A stretch of 20,000 nucleotides of DNA from an uncultured virus (IMG/VR IMGVR_UViG_3300047457_000394) (IMGVR_UViG_3300047457_000394); one strand, 5' to 3'. Numbered from the stretch's first letter, positions 8,315 to 15,825 are shown. Notes: a model not told the origin generated them from the sequence alone. Translations and numbers: made by a program.

Positions 8315-9068
8315 GTTTTCTCCTTTGTAAAATTTCGTCGTCTGTAAAGCCTTTATGTATCCACTGACGAACGGTTTCATAAGTGATGTCACTTCGCTGC
8401 GCTAGGATAGCTCGTACCCGCTCCCCCATAGTGGTTCGTTTGTATTGGCGTTTGTTTCTTGCTTGTTCCGAACGCGTGGCCCATCTCAGATTCCCAGGTT
8501 CGTAGTGCCGGTTGTTATCGATCCGATCTAACGAGTGTGCCGGCGTAGGTCTAGGGCCCAGGTTGTAGAGTATCCATTCGACTGCGCTTCTAATACTCGG
8601 GAATCTAAACTCAATGCCTCTACCGCCATAATTTTCATAGACGACGTTTTTGGGGTTTGTACAGCGACCTTTAGCCCCCACAGCGGTAGCCCTAGTGCGC
8701 TGTATATCTTCAACAGAAAACCGTTGTCGTAGCGGGTCATTCAGGAGGGTCTCGGCCAAAACCTCTAATGCTACTGCAGAGGCAACGGTAGCTTGGCGCC
8801 TACGTTCTTCAGGGTCCATTCGTGCCATTTTTGCTCGGCTAGAGCAGGACCTGCAAAACTTAGAGTTACCGCTTAGGAGGTCACTAACCCTTAGCGCTCG
8901 CTCAACCCCGCAAGCACATCTGCACAAAACCCTATCTTTTGTAGTTACGAATAAGTCTCCTAGCGGTGTCCACGTCGTCTTGGGTAGGGCTTCGAGGAGT
9001 TTGGATTTTGTGGCCTCCCTGCATCGCATCTCGTAAGCTAATCTCGCCGGCGTCTGTGAATACGACAT
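8268..9068 (-). CDS. Free-standing HNH homing endonuclease between the pol halves
   Basis: CRCACG...LLSGNSKFCRSC Zn motif; RCTNPKN..YENYGGRGI; SLDRIDNNRHYEPGNLRWATRSEQARNKR; HTH-like C-terminus. Exact start uncertain. Confidence 0.88.
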   Translation of the reverse strand: MSYSQTPARLAYEMRCREATKSKLLEALPKTTWTPLGDLFVTTKDRVLCRCACGVERALRVSDLLSGNSKFCRSCSSRAKMARMDPEERRRQATVASAVALEVLAETLLNDPLRQRFSVEDIQRTRATAVGAKGRCTNPKNVVYENYGGRGIEFRFPSIRSAVEWILYNLGPRPTPAHSLDRIDNNRHYEPGNLRWATRSEQARNKRQYKRTTMGERVRAILAQRSDITYETVRQWIHKGFTDDEILQRRKHVGCGIRHQKLRAEA

Positions 9069-9255
9069 GATCGGGTGTCCCTGTTACGTTGTCCCATGTG
9101 ATGACTTCTTGGTAGCCGCTGAACTGAACACCTTCGTGCTCTACAAACTTTTCCCCATCCCACACAAGGTCGTCTGCGAGTACGTCAACGATACGTTTTG
9201 TCATCACCCCATGCTGTGGATCATACACAATCACCTCAGTATCGGCAACTAAGCA
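8932..9255 (-). mobile_element. Split intein N-fragment (IntN, 107 aa)
   Basis: Begins at Cys (9255-9253), CLVADTEVIV (block A), directly after the extein ...HSGRWSG; block B VTGTPDHVVFT (TxxH); ends at the stop at 8932. Confidence 0.9.
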
Positions 9256-10212
9256 GCCAGACCAACGACCCGAGTGTGCCCCGTAGTATCTAAGCGGCAC
9301 AGGAAACTTGCCACGATAGGACATATCTATGAACCGCTGAGTGCGTGTCTCCTCGATCGTGCTCTTCACACCCAACCGTGCGGCAACGATAGCCTGCACT
9401 TCAACGTCTTCGTGCTCAAGCAAAGCTTTGAACGCTTCATCAGTCTTCGCAAACGCGAGTGTCTGCTTACCCGTGGTCGGACTTGTCTTCATCGGTGGCT
9501 CAACGCCACGCTCTTTGAGCATCTCAGCCAACTGCGGATTACTCATCAGACGAGATTTATCGTCGGCACTCAGCTTGCTGAGTAACGCTTCCTTCTTAGC
9601 CAGCACGTCCGCCAAGTGGTCCTGCAACAACTCACGATCCAGCTCAAGCACGGGGTCTATGAACATCCGCAGAGTGAGATCAATCAGTTGAAGCTCTTTG
9701 ATGGGGAACCCACGCCGTAGGTACTGCGTAAACAACTCATACGTAAGCTCCACATCATTGACGCAGTAAGCACCATACCGTGCCAGTGACTTGGCATCGA
9801 AGTCTTTGTAGTTCTTACCGATTGCTGCAACAACTTCGTCACCCTTAGCACCGACTCCCATACGCTGGGCTTGAGTCTTGAGGCTATGGCTCTTCTCATG
9901 CGGAAACAAAGCGCGAGACATACCCATGATATCCAGCCACGCCTTGGGCTCCACGCCGTAGTGCCACTTGAGGATCGCACCATCGAACATGGTGTTCTGG
10001 GCTACCACCATTGCGTTGCCCCAGTCGATAGCCGCCAGTGCTGCCTTTACTTCAGGCTTGGGGTACCACTTGGTAGGGCCGTGATCGATCTTGATGGCGA
10101 CACCAATCGTCTCGAACAGGGGGCTGCGGATGTACTCCTCGGTTGATATCTTTGAGAGCGAATACTCTCGGTCGTAATAAGTCTCCAGATCAAGCACAAC
10201 GACATCAGACAT
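8932..10212 (-). CDS. DNA polymerase family A, N-terminal half (3'-5' exonuclease and thumb), fused to IntN
   Basis: ExoI VLDLETYY, ExoII AQNTMFDGAIL, ExoIII YCVNDV, YYGAHSGRWSG; 319-aa extein followed by the intein. Confidence 0.92.
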   Translation of the reverse strand: MSDVVVLDLETYYDREYSLSKISTEEYIRSPLFETIGVAIKIDHGPTKWYPKPEVKAALAAIDWGNAMVVAQNTMFDGAILKWHYGVEPKAWLDIMGMSRALFPHEKSHSLKTQAQRMGVGAKGDEVVAAIGKNYKDFDAKSLARYGAYCVNDVELTYELFTQYLRRGFPIKELQLIDLTLRMFIDPVLELDRELLQDHLADVLAKKEALLSKLSADDKSRLMSNPQLAEMLKERGVEPPMKTSPTTGKQTLAFAKTDEAFKALLEHEDVEVQAIVAARLGVKSTIEETRTQRFIDMSYRGKFPVPLRYYGAHSGRWSGCLVADTEVIVYDPQHGVMTKRIVDVLADDLVWDGEKFVEHEGVQFSGYQEVITWDNVTGTPDHVVFTDAGEISLRDAMQGGHKIQTPRSPTQDDVDTARRLIRNYKR

Positions 10213-10504
10213 CCGTTACTCCTATGACGCGAACAGCCTCGATGTTGGTCTCATCAACGACAAGCGCCACACCACCGGCTTCGCGTATTTTCATAATCTC
10301 AGCAGCTTGTAGTGCCGTTGGCACATTGCCTTTGGCTTTGCACTCGATAGCGAAGAACGCGCCGTTGACGCAGCCTACGATGTCAGGAATGCCTTGCCTG
10401 CCATAGCCGTTAGCGGGGGGCATGAAGTAGTAGACCCCCATCTCATCAAGAATTTTGCGAACGGCTTTCTTAACTTTTACTTCAGGAGTTGCTGCCATAG
10501 CCAC
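10205..10504 (-). CDS. VRR-NUC domain nuclease (Holliday-junction-resolvase-like)
   Basis: TPEVKVK...GIPDIVGC...FFAIECKA...PTALQ...GGVALVV. Confidence 0.85.
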   Translation of the reverse strand: MAMAATPEVKVKKAVRKILDEMGVYYFMPPANGYGRQGIPDIVGCVNGAFFAIECKAKGNVPTALQAAEIMKIREAGGVALVVDETNIEAVRVIGVTDV

Positions 10505-10808
10505 GCCTCCGCAGTTCGTTGTACTTTTGTTTGTAGTGGTGATACTTACCAGCGTCGGGGCTGTCTTTCTTACCTTGCCGCATCGCGTACTTAATAAGAT
10601 TTCCTTTGACGAAGCCCAAGAACTCTTCGCGGGTCAGCAGGACCTCCATCACGTCCCAGGGTTGTGGGTCCATCTCCTTGTAGTGGCTGCCGCCGACTTG
10701 GCGGTCGTTTGCAGAAGCGATAGGGGTAGTGTCATCCAGGGGGCTTTTGGCTTGTGTCATATCGTATTCCTCTAGTTTGCGTTTGATGATGTCGTTAAGG
10801 GTTACCAC
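10482..10808 (-). CDS. DUF3310 (SaV-like) protein
   Basis: ANDRQVGGSHYK...QPWD...GFVKGNLIKYAMR...DAGKYHHY; alternative start ATG 10760. Confidence 0.8.
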   Translation of the reverse strand: MVTLNDIIKRKLEEYDMTQAKSPLDDTTPIASANDRQVGGSHYKEMDPQPWDVMEVLLTREEFLGFVKGNLIKYAMRQGKKDSPDAGKYHHYKQKYNELRRRGYGSNS

Positions 10809-10984
10809 GGCGCGTCTCCGGCTTCGCGGTGTAGTTCATCAAAGGTGGGTTTGCCGTCGTGTAGGGGTGGGTTTGTGAGTGGTCGTAAAGACTCTAGGTT
10901 TGTTGGGAACGGCCACGTAGGCGGTGTGTCGGTAGGTCCAGAGCTTTTTGCCTTTGACGATTCGATAGCCTGCTGTTCCTTCAT
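10802..10984 (-). CDS. Small hypothetical protein (TWPFP motif), mostly nested in the HTH gene
   Basis: AAGGAGATGGAGC precedes ATG 10984; its stop overlaps the next gene's start. Confidence 0.5.
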   Translation of the reverse strand: MKEQQAIESSKAKSSGPTDTPPTWPFPTNLESLRPLTNPPLHDGKPTFDELHREAGDAPW

Positions 10985-11111
10985 GCTCCATCTCCTTGAG
11001 GATCTTTCGTATCGTAGTGGTTGAAACAAGAAACCGAATTGCTAGCTGGTCTACATGAAGAGGTGTCTTAATACTCTTGATGTATCGTTCAAGCTTATCC
11101 CTTGTTCGCAT
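10839..11111 (-). CDS. Winged-HTH DNA-binding protein (DeoR/HTH_11-like)
   Basis: GGAGG SD, ATG 11111; [28 protein letters not shown]. Confidence 0.7.
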   Translation of the reverse strand: MRTRDKLERYIKSIKTPLHVDQLAIRFLVSTTTIRKILKEMEHEGTAGYRIVKGKKLWTYRHTAYVAVPNKPRVFTTTHKPTPTRRQTHL

Positions 11112-11295
11112 AGTTAACCTCCGGCACCCAGTGTTCCAGTGCTTTTGCCGGGTATATCTGTACAGACCCTTTCTCCGTCCAGCTCTCAACTGCATACCCT
11201 TCTGGGGTTAGTGTCGTGGAGTAGGTTCCTACGATAACCCCGTGCCACTGAGATCCAGATACTTTGCGAACTGTGTCGCCTCGTTTGAATTTCAT
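11095..11295 (-). CDS. dfrB: Type II (R67/DfrB-like) dihydrofolate reductase homolog
   Basis: [36 protein letters not shown]...[10 protein letters not shown] matches the R67 DHFR core, including the VQIY active-site motif. Confidence 0.88.
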   Translation of the reverse strand: MKFKRGDTVRKVSGSQWHGVIVGTYSTTLTPEGYAVESWTEKGSVQIYPAKALEHWVPEVNYANKG

Positions 11296-12041
11296 TTGTT
11301 TTTCTCCTTCAGCTTTGCTTCGATTTGATCGAACAACTTTCGTGTATATCCTTTAATCGGGGTGTCTCCCCACGGCCCAATGATTTCCTTGATCTCCTCA
11401 TCCGTCAGCCCGACCCATTGGCGCTTCGCTTGTTTCAACTCTGCTCTCAGCCGTTGCTGCTCATCCAGCATCTCAGCAAACTTTTCGTCGTATGCCTTTA
11501 CCGTGTCCCAGTCAGGTTTAAAGTCGTTGATTGATTGTGGTGCTGTGTAGAGCGGTCGCACGTTGAAGCCCTTCTCGCGCTCAATATCGGCATAGTCCTG
11601 AGTCGTCCAGTCTCGAATTACTTCGTCCCGGTCGTCTGCCAGAAAGTCGTACATCCACGCAACCGGCCTCGCCTTCTGCCGCGCACAGACCAGACAACCG
11701 TCACCGGGGATGATCGCCTTCCAGCCGCATTCCTCGCACAGTTCGAGTGAGGTTTGGTCGTACTGCTCTGCCTTGGCGCTTTTATATCCGTCATACCACG
11801 CGCTTTTCGCTTGCTCTCTTGCGGGGGCTAACGGATTGCATAAAGTGTTATCCCATGACACATATGAACCAGATGCGCTCTGCTTCTCAGCCTGATCGAT
11901 GGCAGCGCGGAGGGCGGTAATAGTTTGGTTGATGAAATGCTCTGGAAAACTCATTACCTGCTCATGGGCGTACTCATGAAAGCAGGTAGAAACTGACTTC
12001 TCCAACGCCTCCAGCGCCTGCTTCATCGCTTCAATGCTCAT
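11292..12041 (-). CDS. Mosaic hypothetical phage early protein
   Basis: 249 aa; recurrent phage segments [15 protein letters not shown]...[15 protein letters not shown], plus a CEECGW...CLVC ribbon. Confidence 0.7.
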   Translation of the reverse strand: MSIEAMKQALEALEKSVSTCFHEYAHEQVMSFPEHFINQTITALRAAIDQAEKQSASGSYVSWDNTLCNPLAPAREQAKSAWYDGYKSAKAEQYDQTSLELCEECGWKAIIPGDGCLVCARQKARPVAWMYDFLADDRDEVIRDWTTQDYADIEREKGFNVRPLYTAPQSINDFKPDWDTVKAYDEKFAEMLDEQQRLRAELKQAKRQWVGLTDEEIKEIIGPWGDTPIKGYTRKLFDQIEAKLKEKNK

Positions 12042-12265
12042 GATGCGTACCCGTCTTTAATGATCTTTGCCTTCGCCTCTTCAATCGCACCGATCAGACC
12101 AAGCCTGTCTTGCTGCATAGATGTTTTGATCATGAATTGATTGCGGGCTTTCCAGAACAGCAACACGACCACGGTGTCTGGGTTCTCGTCCATCGCCTCT
12201 TGCAATACTTCGTGCGCGGATTCTTTATATTGATTCGGGATATCTACAGGTTTTAGTGCGCTCAT
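12038..12265 (-). CDS. Hypothetical protein
   Basis: 75-aa ORF with ATGA coupling to the next gene. Confidence 0.65.
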   Translation of the reverse strand: MSALKPVDIPNQYKESAHEVLQEAMDENPDTVVVLLFWKARNQFMIKTSMQQDRLGLIGAIEEAKAKIIKDGYAS

Positions 12266-12272
12266 ATTTAAC

Positions 12273-12288
12273 CGGGGCCGAAGCCCCG
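12273..12288 (-). promoter_or_regulatory. C(UUCG)G hairpin between a putative SD and the start codon
   Basis: AGGA-CGGGGC-TTCG-GCCCCG-GTTAAAT-ATG on the minus strand. Confidence 0.5.
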
Positions 12289-12295
12289 TCCTGTT

Positions 12296-12523
12296 TTAGT
12301 ATTTCCAAGTAGCAGCTTTCACTGCCCACATCTGCCCGGTCTGGATCTCTGTGATGGCAATGCTCGCCATCCGTGCAATCTCCGCGTTTGGTTGGTTCGT
12401 GCGTAACTCATGAATCTCATCGATCAGTTCCGCGCATTTGCGCTTGATCGCATCAACCGTCGGGTCGTTGCTGGGGTTAAACGTCAGGCCAACTGCTTTT
12501 TCGCCGAAGGTCAAGTCACTCAT
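12296..12523 (-). CDS. Acb2/Tad1-like helical-hairpin protein (candidate immune-nucleotide sponge)
   Basis: VDAIKRKCAELID...ARMASIAITEIQTGQMWAVKAAT resembles the Acb2 C-terminal helix (R..AI..T.IQTG.M...A), by recall. Confidence 0.6.
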   Translation of the reverse strand: MSDLTFGEKAVGLTFNPSNDPTVDAIKRKCAELIDEIHELRTNQPNAEIARMASIAITEIQTGQMWAVKAATWKY

Positions 12524-12717
12524 TTCCATTCTCCAAATTGTCGATACATTGATTCAAACTCACCATCCCACGGAACAAACGACCGTGTGCCGTCGTGCAT
12601 AGCCCACTTCCGATTGCATCTGGTGCAACCAACCTGCCGAGCGCCGGGATTAAACACTCGCTGCACCACATACTTGTGACCAAAAACCGCGCATAGAAAT
12701 CGTTCTATCAGGCTCAT
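12520..12717 (-). CDS. Small Zn-ribbon hypothetical protein
   Basis: CAVFGHKY...CTRC; ATGA coupling. Confidence 0.65.
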   Translation of the reverse strand: MSLIERFLCAVFGHKYVVQRVFNPGARQVGCTRCNRKWAMHDGTRSFVPWDGEFESMYRQFGEWK

Positions 12718-12905
12718 ATCTCTACCCCAAACCGGTCGATGATGTCGTCCATTACTTCGTATGCCCCTCTGCGGTCACAGATTCTTATGCACTCACGAAC
12801 AATCAGCTCGGCAAACTTTTCAGGATCAAGTTCACCTGCAACATAGTCACCGTTGCTTTCTAACATCAGTGCTTGGTCATAAAGTTTTGCGATTCGTTCG
12901 TTCAC
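12714..12905 (-). CDS. Hypothetical phage protein
   Basis: MNERI...EKFAELIVREC type small ORF; GTG start coupled to the upstream stop. Confidence 0.65.
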   Translation of the reverse strand: MNERIAKLYDQALMLESNGDYVAGELDPEKFAELIVRECIRICDRRGAYEVMDDIIDRFGVEI

Positions 12906-13036
12906 AATATCCCCCTACCAGTCAGCACCCACATAAACGGGAATGCAATCAATCGAATCAGTCGCCCAAGGACGCTTGAGTTTCTGCTCGTATTGAACTC
13001 GATGACTTGTTCTGTGTAGTCTGTTTGGTTGTTCAT
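12902..13036 (-). CDS. 44-aa protein with a hydrophobic C-terminus (not in the ORF track)
   Basis: MNNQTDYTEQVIEFNTSRNSSVLGRLIRLIAFPFMWVLTGRGIL; ATGA overlap at the start and GTGA overlap at the end. Confidence 0.65.
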   Translation of the reverse strand: MNNQTDYTEQVIEFNTSRNSSVLGRLIRLIAFPFMWVLTGRGIL

Positions 13037-13290
13037 TCCACCCTCTCATACGTTGCTTCAAAGATGTCAGGCTTGCAGGGGTAGTTTTCGTTTTTAATCC
13101 CGGTGATGATCCAATCGCCTGGGGTGACAATATGACCTCCCTCTAAAGTCTTGACCCAGCCATAGCTTTTATGTGCGGGGTCTGGATTACCCGCTATGTC
13201 TGAGAACGGGTATGGCTCGACAGCGGGATGATCACCCATCTTGAACCACTGCGTGGCCTCGATGACCACGGGCTTCTTTCTGAACTTCAT
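13033..13290 (-). CDS. Widespread conserved phage protein (KKPVVIEA...PGDWII...YPCKPDIF type)
   Basis: Recognisable motif set; function not assigned. Confidence 0.8.
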   Translation of the reverse strand: MKFRKKPVVIEATQWFKMGDHPAVEPYPFSDIAGNPDPAHKSYGWVKTLEGGHIVTPGDWIITGIKNENYPCKPDIFEATYERVE

Positions 13291-13538
13291 TTCTCACCCC
13301 TTGCTCTGATAGAAGCAGCTATACGTTGCCGCTCTGATTGCAGTATCTCTAGCGTTCTGGTTTGTACAGCCTCTCCTGTCCCTTGCAAGGCCAACTGAGC
13401 ACACGCCTCTCGTTCATACTTCTGGCCAGCCTCGTAAGCCTCTCGCCAGAACTTCTCTAGGCCCGATGAGTTGAAGCACCAACCAGCAATCATTGAGCTG
13501 TACTTCTCTGCTCTACTCAGAATGTCGTCTTGTGTCAT
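13287..13538 (-). CDS. Hypothetical protein, EREACA family
   Basis: MTQDDI...EREACA...IRARGEK. Confidence 0.7.
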   Translation of the reverse strand: MTQDDILSRAEKYSSMIAGWCFNSSGLEKFWREAYEAGQKYEREACAQLALQGTGEAVQTRTLEILQSERQRIAASIRARGEK

Positions 13539-13765
13539 CTCGTCTCTCCTGTTGCTTTGGCGATGGAGGCGCAGACTTCGGCGTAGACATCCGACGATTC
13601 AAAGCCGGCTGACAGAAGGAACGCCTCGCAAGTTTCCAATGCCTTCAGCAGATCAGGCGCTGCGGCTGCCAGTGTCCAATCATCTCGCGTGGTCGGGCCA
13701 TCCAAATCCCAATCGCTGGACCCAACGTAAACAGCCTTCCACGGCCCTGGCGTGTGCTTGCTCAT
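13535..13765 (-). CDS. Hypothetical phage protein (HTPGPW...AAPDLL type)
   Basis: MSKHTPGPW, AAAPDLLKALE, AKATGE; coupled at both ends. Confidence 0.75.
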   Translation of the reverse strand: MSKHTPGPWKAVYVGSSDWDLDGPTTRDDWTLAAAAPDLLKALETCEAFLLSAGFESSDVYAEVCASIAKATGETR

Positions 13766-14049
13766 TTCTCACTCCTTGCTCGAATAGCTTCGGTCAGTTT
13801 AATTGCCCACACAGGTTCGTCGTATTGCAAAGCGTAGTTATCTACCAACTGAGCGCACGCCTCTCGTTCTGCCTTTACCGCAACACACGCCGGTCGCTGG
13901 CACTCATCATTGCAGGTGTGGATGCCGTCCCACCGCAAATGCTCCAGGATGCGGTCTGCAAATCGCTCTAGCTGCGTCTGATACGGCTTTTGACCAGCAA
14001 CCCATACACCAGCCTCTTTTGCGATACGCAGGATGTCGTCGCGTGTCAT
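13762..14049 (-). CDS. Hypothetical protein, EREACA family
   Basis: MTRDDI...LERFA...EREACA...IRARSEK. Confidence 0.7.
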   Translation of the reverse strand: MTRDDILRIAKEAGVWVAGQKPYQTQLERFADRILEHLRWDGIHTCNDECQRPACVAVKAEREACAQLVDNYALQYDEPVWAIKLTEAIRARSEK

Positions 14050-14228
14050 ACCTGCCCCCTTTCTTTAATAAGCCAAGCACATTGACAACGGCTGTCTGTC
14101 AGTGCAATACACACCTCTCGCTCGGCTGCGGCGACAAGGGCGGCGAAGCGTCGCAGTGACCCGTTGTCTCCATCAAAGCCTACGAATCCAGCCTCCCTAG
14201 CCATTCGGGTGATGTCGTCCTTGGTCAT
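14046..14228 (-). CDS. Hypothetical protein, EREACA family
   Basis: AGGAG SD, ATG 14228; MTKDDITRMAREAGF...AAEREVC. Confidence 0.7.
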   Translation of the reverse strand: MTKDDITRMAREAGFVGFDGDNGSLRRFAALVAAAEREVCIALTDSRCQCAWLIKERGQV

Positions 14229-14395
14229 CTCGTCTCTCCTTTTACCTTCGGCCCTGGCTTTTTTGGTTCGTACTTCAAACCACGCTCCATGATGATTTCC
14301 ATCGTCTTCCACCGTTCACCGCACTGGCAGGCGTAGTATCTGAACTCACCCTTGACGGTTCGATGGCGTACGTCCGTTGTGCATACAGGACACAT
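14225..14395 (-). CDS. Small Zn-ribbon protein (NrdR-N/Ogr-like; not in the ORF track)
   Basis: MCPVC...YYACQCGERWKTMEI, 56 aa; overlaps neighbouring start and stop codons at both ends. Confidence 0.65.
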   Translation of the reverse strand: MCPVCTTDVRHRTVKGEFRYYACQCGERWKTMEIIMERGLKYEPKKPGPKVKGETR

Positions 14396-14610
14396 CACTT
14401 GTACTTCATCCGCGTGGGTGATGGAACGACAAACGAGTTCAACATCACTGGGCTATCCGGCTCGTGGTAGAAGTTACGCAGGTGCATCTCGTGCTCCTGC
14501 AAGAACATGTGTGGGTGCTTGGACTTCACGGCATTGATCGCTTCAGTGAGCGCCTTGTTGCTTTTTGATAGGTCTTTGGACTTCGGTACGGATTTGAGTT
14601 CATTAAACAT
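14395..14610 (-). CDS. Hypothetical protein
   Basis: AAGGAGA SD before ATG 14610 (MFNELK...). Confidence 0.6.
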   Translation of the reverse strand: MFNELKSVPKSKDLSKSNKALTEAINAVKSKHPHMFLQEHEMHLRNFYHEPDSPVMLNSFVVPSPTRMKYK

Positions 14611-14782
14611 GGTTGGTCTCCTTGAGAAACTGGATTGCAAGTTGTTGATACACAAGCCGGGACTCAGTTGTTATCTGTGCGCAAAGGTCTCGTGCTTCCA
14701 TCACACGGTTATCACGCAGAGCCTCTTCCAAGTCGGCTAGTAGCCGCTTCAGATTCAAAATACCTTCGCTGTAATCAATCAT
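14603..14782 (-). CDS. Hypothetical protein
   Basis: GAGGA SD before MIDYSEG; helical small ORF. Confidence 0.6.
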   Translation of the reverse strand: MIDYSEGILNLKRLLADLEEALRDNRVMEARDLCAQITTESRLVYQQLAIQFLKETNHV

Positions 14783-15170
14783 TTTCTTCCTCTTGCTTTT
14801 TGATGTCGTATTCACTTACACCGGGTGCCAACAAATACAACTTGTAGTTGCGGTTGAAGTTAAGCCGGTCCATGTCAGTGAACCCACCACGAGTGCCCGC
14901 CCGCAGATCGGCCATGATGTTCTTCAGACGCAACCTGAACTGGCCCGCATCAAAGTCAAGCCACATGGCGTACTCATTGAGCCCTGACACAGACTCATCA
15001 AACAGAAACCGCATCGCAGTGAAAGCCTCGATACGCAACCGCACACCACGTTTATTCTTCTCACGCAGAGGCTCAAGGCAAGCATCCCGCAGCGCGGTGT
15101 GAACCACAAGCGCTAGCAACGTCCTACATGCTTGGGTTTGTTCTGCAGCGCCAAGCTCCATTGGTTTCAC
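14775..15170 (-). CDS. Hypothetical protein
   Basis: Open frame; probable GTG 15170 overlapping the upstream TGA (ATG 15161 is an alternative). Confidence 0.6.
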   Translation of the reverse strand: MKPMELGAAEQTQACRTLLALVVHTALRDACLEPLREKNKRGVRLRIEAFTAMRFLFDESVSGLNEYAMWLDFDAGQFRLRLKNIMADLRAGTRGGFTDMDRLNFNRNYKLYLLAPGVSEYDIKKQEEEND

Positions 15171-15541
15171 GACCGGACCCCTGCCAGCCACCGCCAGAAC
15201 CTACGCCACGGCGACAGAGGGGGCGCTACCTCAACGAACGAACCGGGAGGAGGCGTGACTTTTTCTTCGACTGTTGAGCTTGAAAGCGTAACAAGCCCAT
15301 TATTTGTAAGTGGTGCGGGTTCCGATGGGAGGGAGGCAATCCCGCCCAGAGGCGTGATAGTAAGCTGCGCCTCTTTCCTGAGTAGTTTGCGCTCCTCATA
15401 CACCAGCGAGGGATGGCACTGATAGCGCTTGACGATGATGTCGATGGGCACACCTTTCTTCAGGGCACGGCGCACCTTGGCGCGTTTGGTCATCGGTTTG
15501 GGTCCACGCTTGCGAGTCGTTGGAATAATGTTAGCTGTCAT
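15167..15541 (-). CDS. Hypothetical protein with a basic HTH-like N-terminus
   Basis: KVRRALKKGVPIDIIVKRYQCHPSLVYEER; AAGGA SD. Confidence 0.6.
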   Translation of the reverse strand: MTANIIPTTRKRGPKPMTKRAKVRRALKKGVPIDIIVKRYQCHPSLVYEERKLLRKEAQLTITPLGGIASLPSEPAPLTNNGLVTLSSSTVEEKVTPPPGSFVEVAPPLSPWRRFWRWLAGVRS

Positions 15542-15825
15542 TTGTTGTCCTTCAATTGTTTGAACTCAATAAGATTCAGATCACGATCAGTCAGGAACCA
15601 CATCACCAAGTCAGGCGGCGGAGCAGGCACAGGGACTATGTAATCACCCAGGTAGGCTATGTCCACAATCCGCTTAAGCCACGCAGGCTGTTCGCCTATG
15701 TTGCCGTGGCCCACAGTCTCAACCGCCTCACGGTATGTCCTTATTTCATACTTGTCATCTCTCTCCTCATAACGATGTGTGTAAGTCTCAAGCCACATGC
15801 CAGCCATCACGTATTGTTCAATCAC
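15538..15825 (-). CDS. Hypothetical protein
   Basis: 95-aa ORF coupled at both ends. Confidence 0.6.
   Translation of the reverse strand: MIEQYVMAGMWLETYTHRYEERDDKYEIRTYREAVETVGHGNIGEQPAWLKRIVDIAYLGDYIVPVPAPPPDLVMWFLTDRDLNLIEFKQLKDNK

Noticed and set aside
8315..8392. ORF-track start at 8392 for the pol C-half
   Set aside because: It has no clear SD and lies inside the HNH gene; ATG 8314 has AAAGGAGA and begins just before intein block F.
8237..9255. Group I intron, programmed frameshift or pseudogene as the explanation for the pol interruption
   Set aside because: Intein blocks A, B, F and G flank the insert exactly, all polymerase motifs are intact, and the C-half has its own strong SD. 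A continuous frame would need two independent shifts.
12915..13130. 71-aa ORF from the track
   Set aside because: It overlaps the upstream gene heavily; the 44-aa frame 12902-13036 is coupled at both ends and fits better.
13033..13290. Assigning an anti-defence function to the KKPVVIEA-type protein
   Set aside because: I recognise the family but cannot support a function from the sequence.
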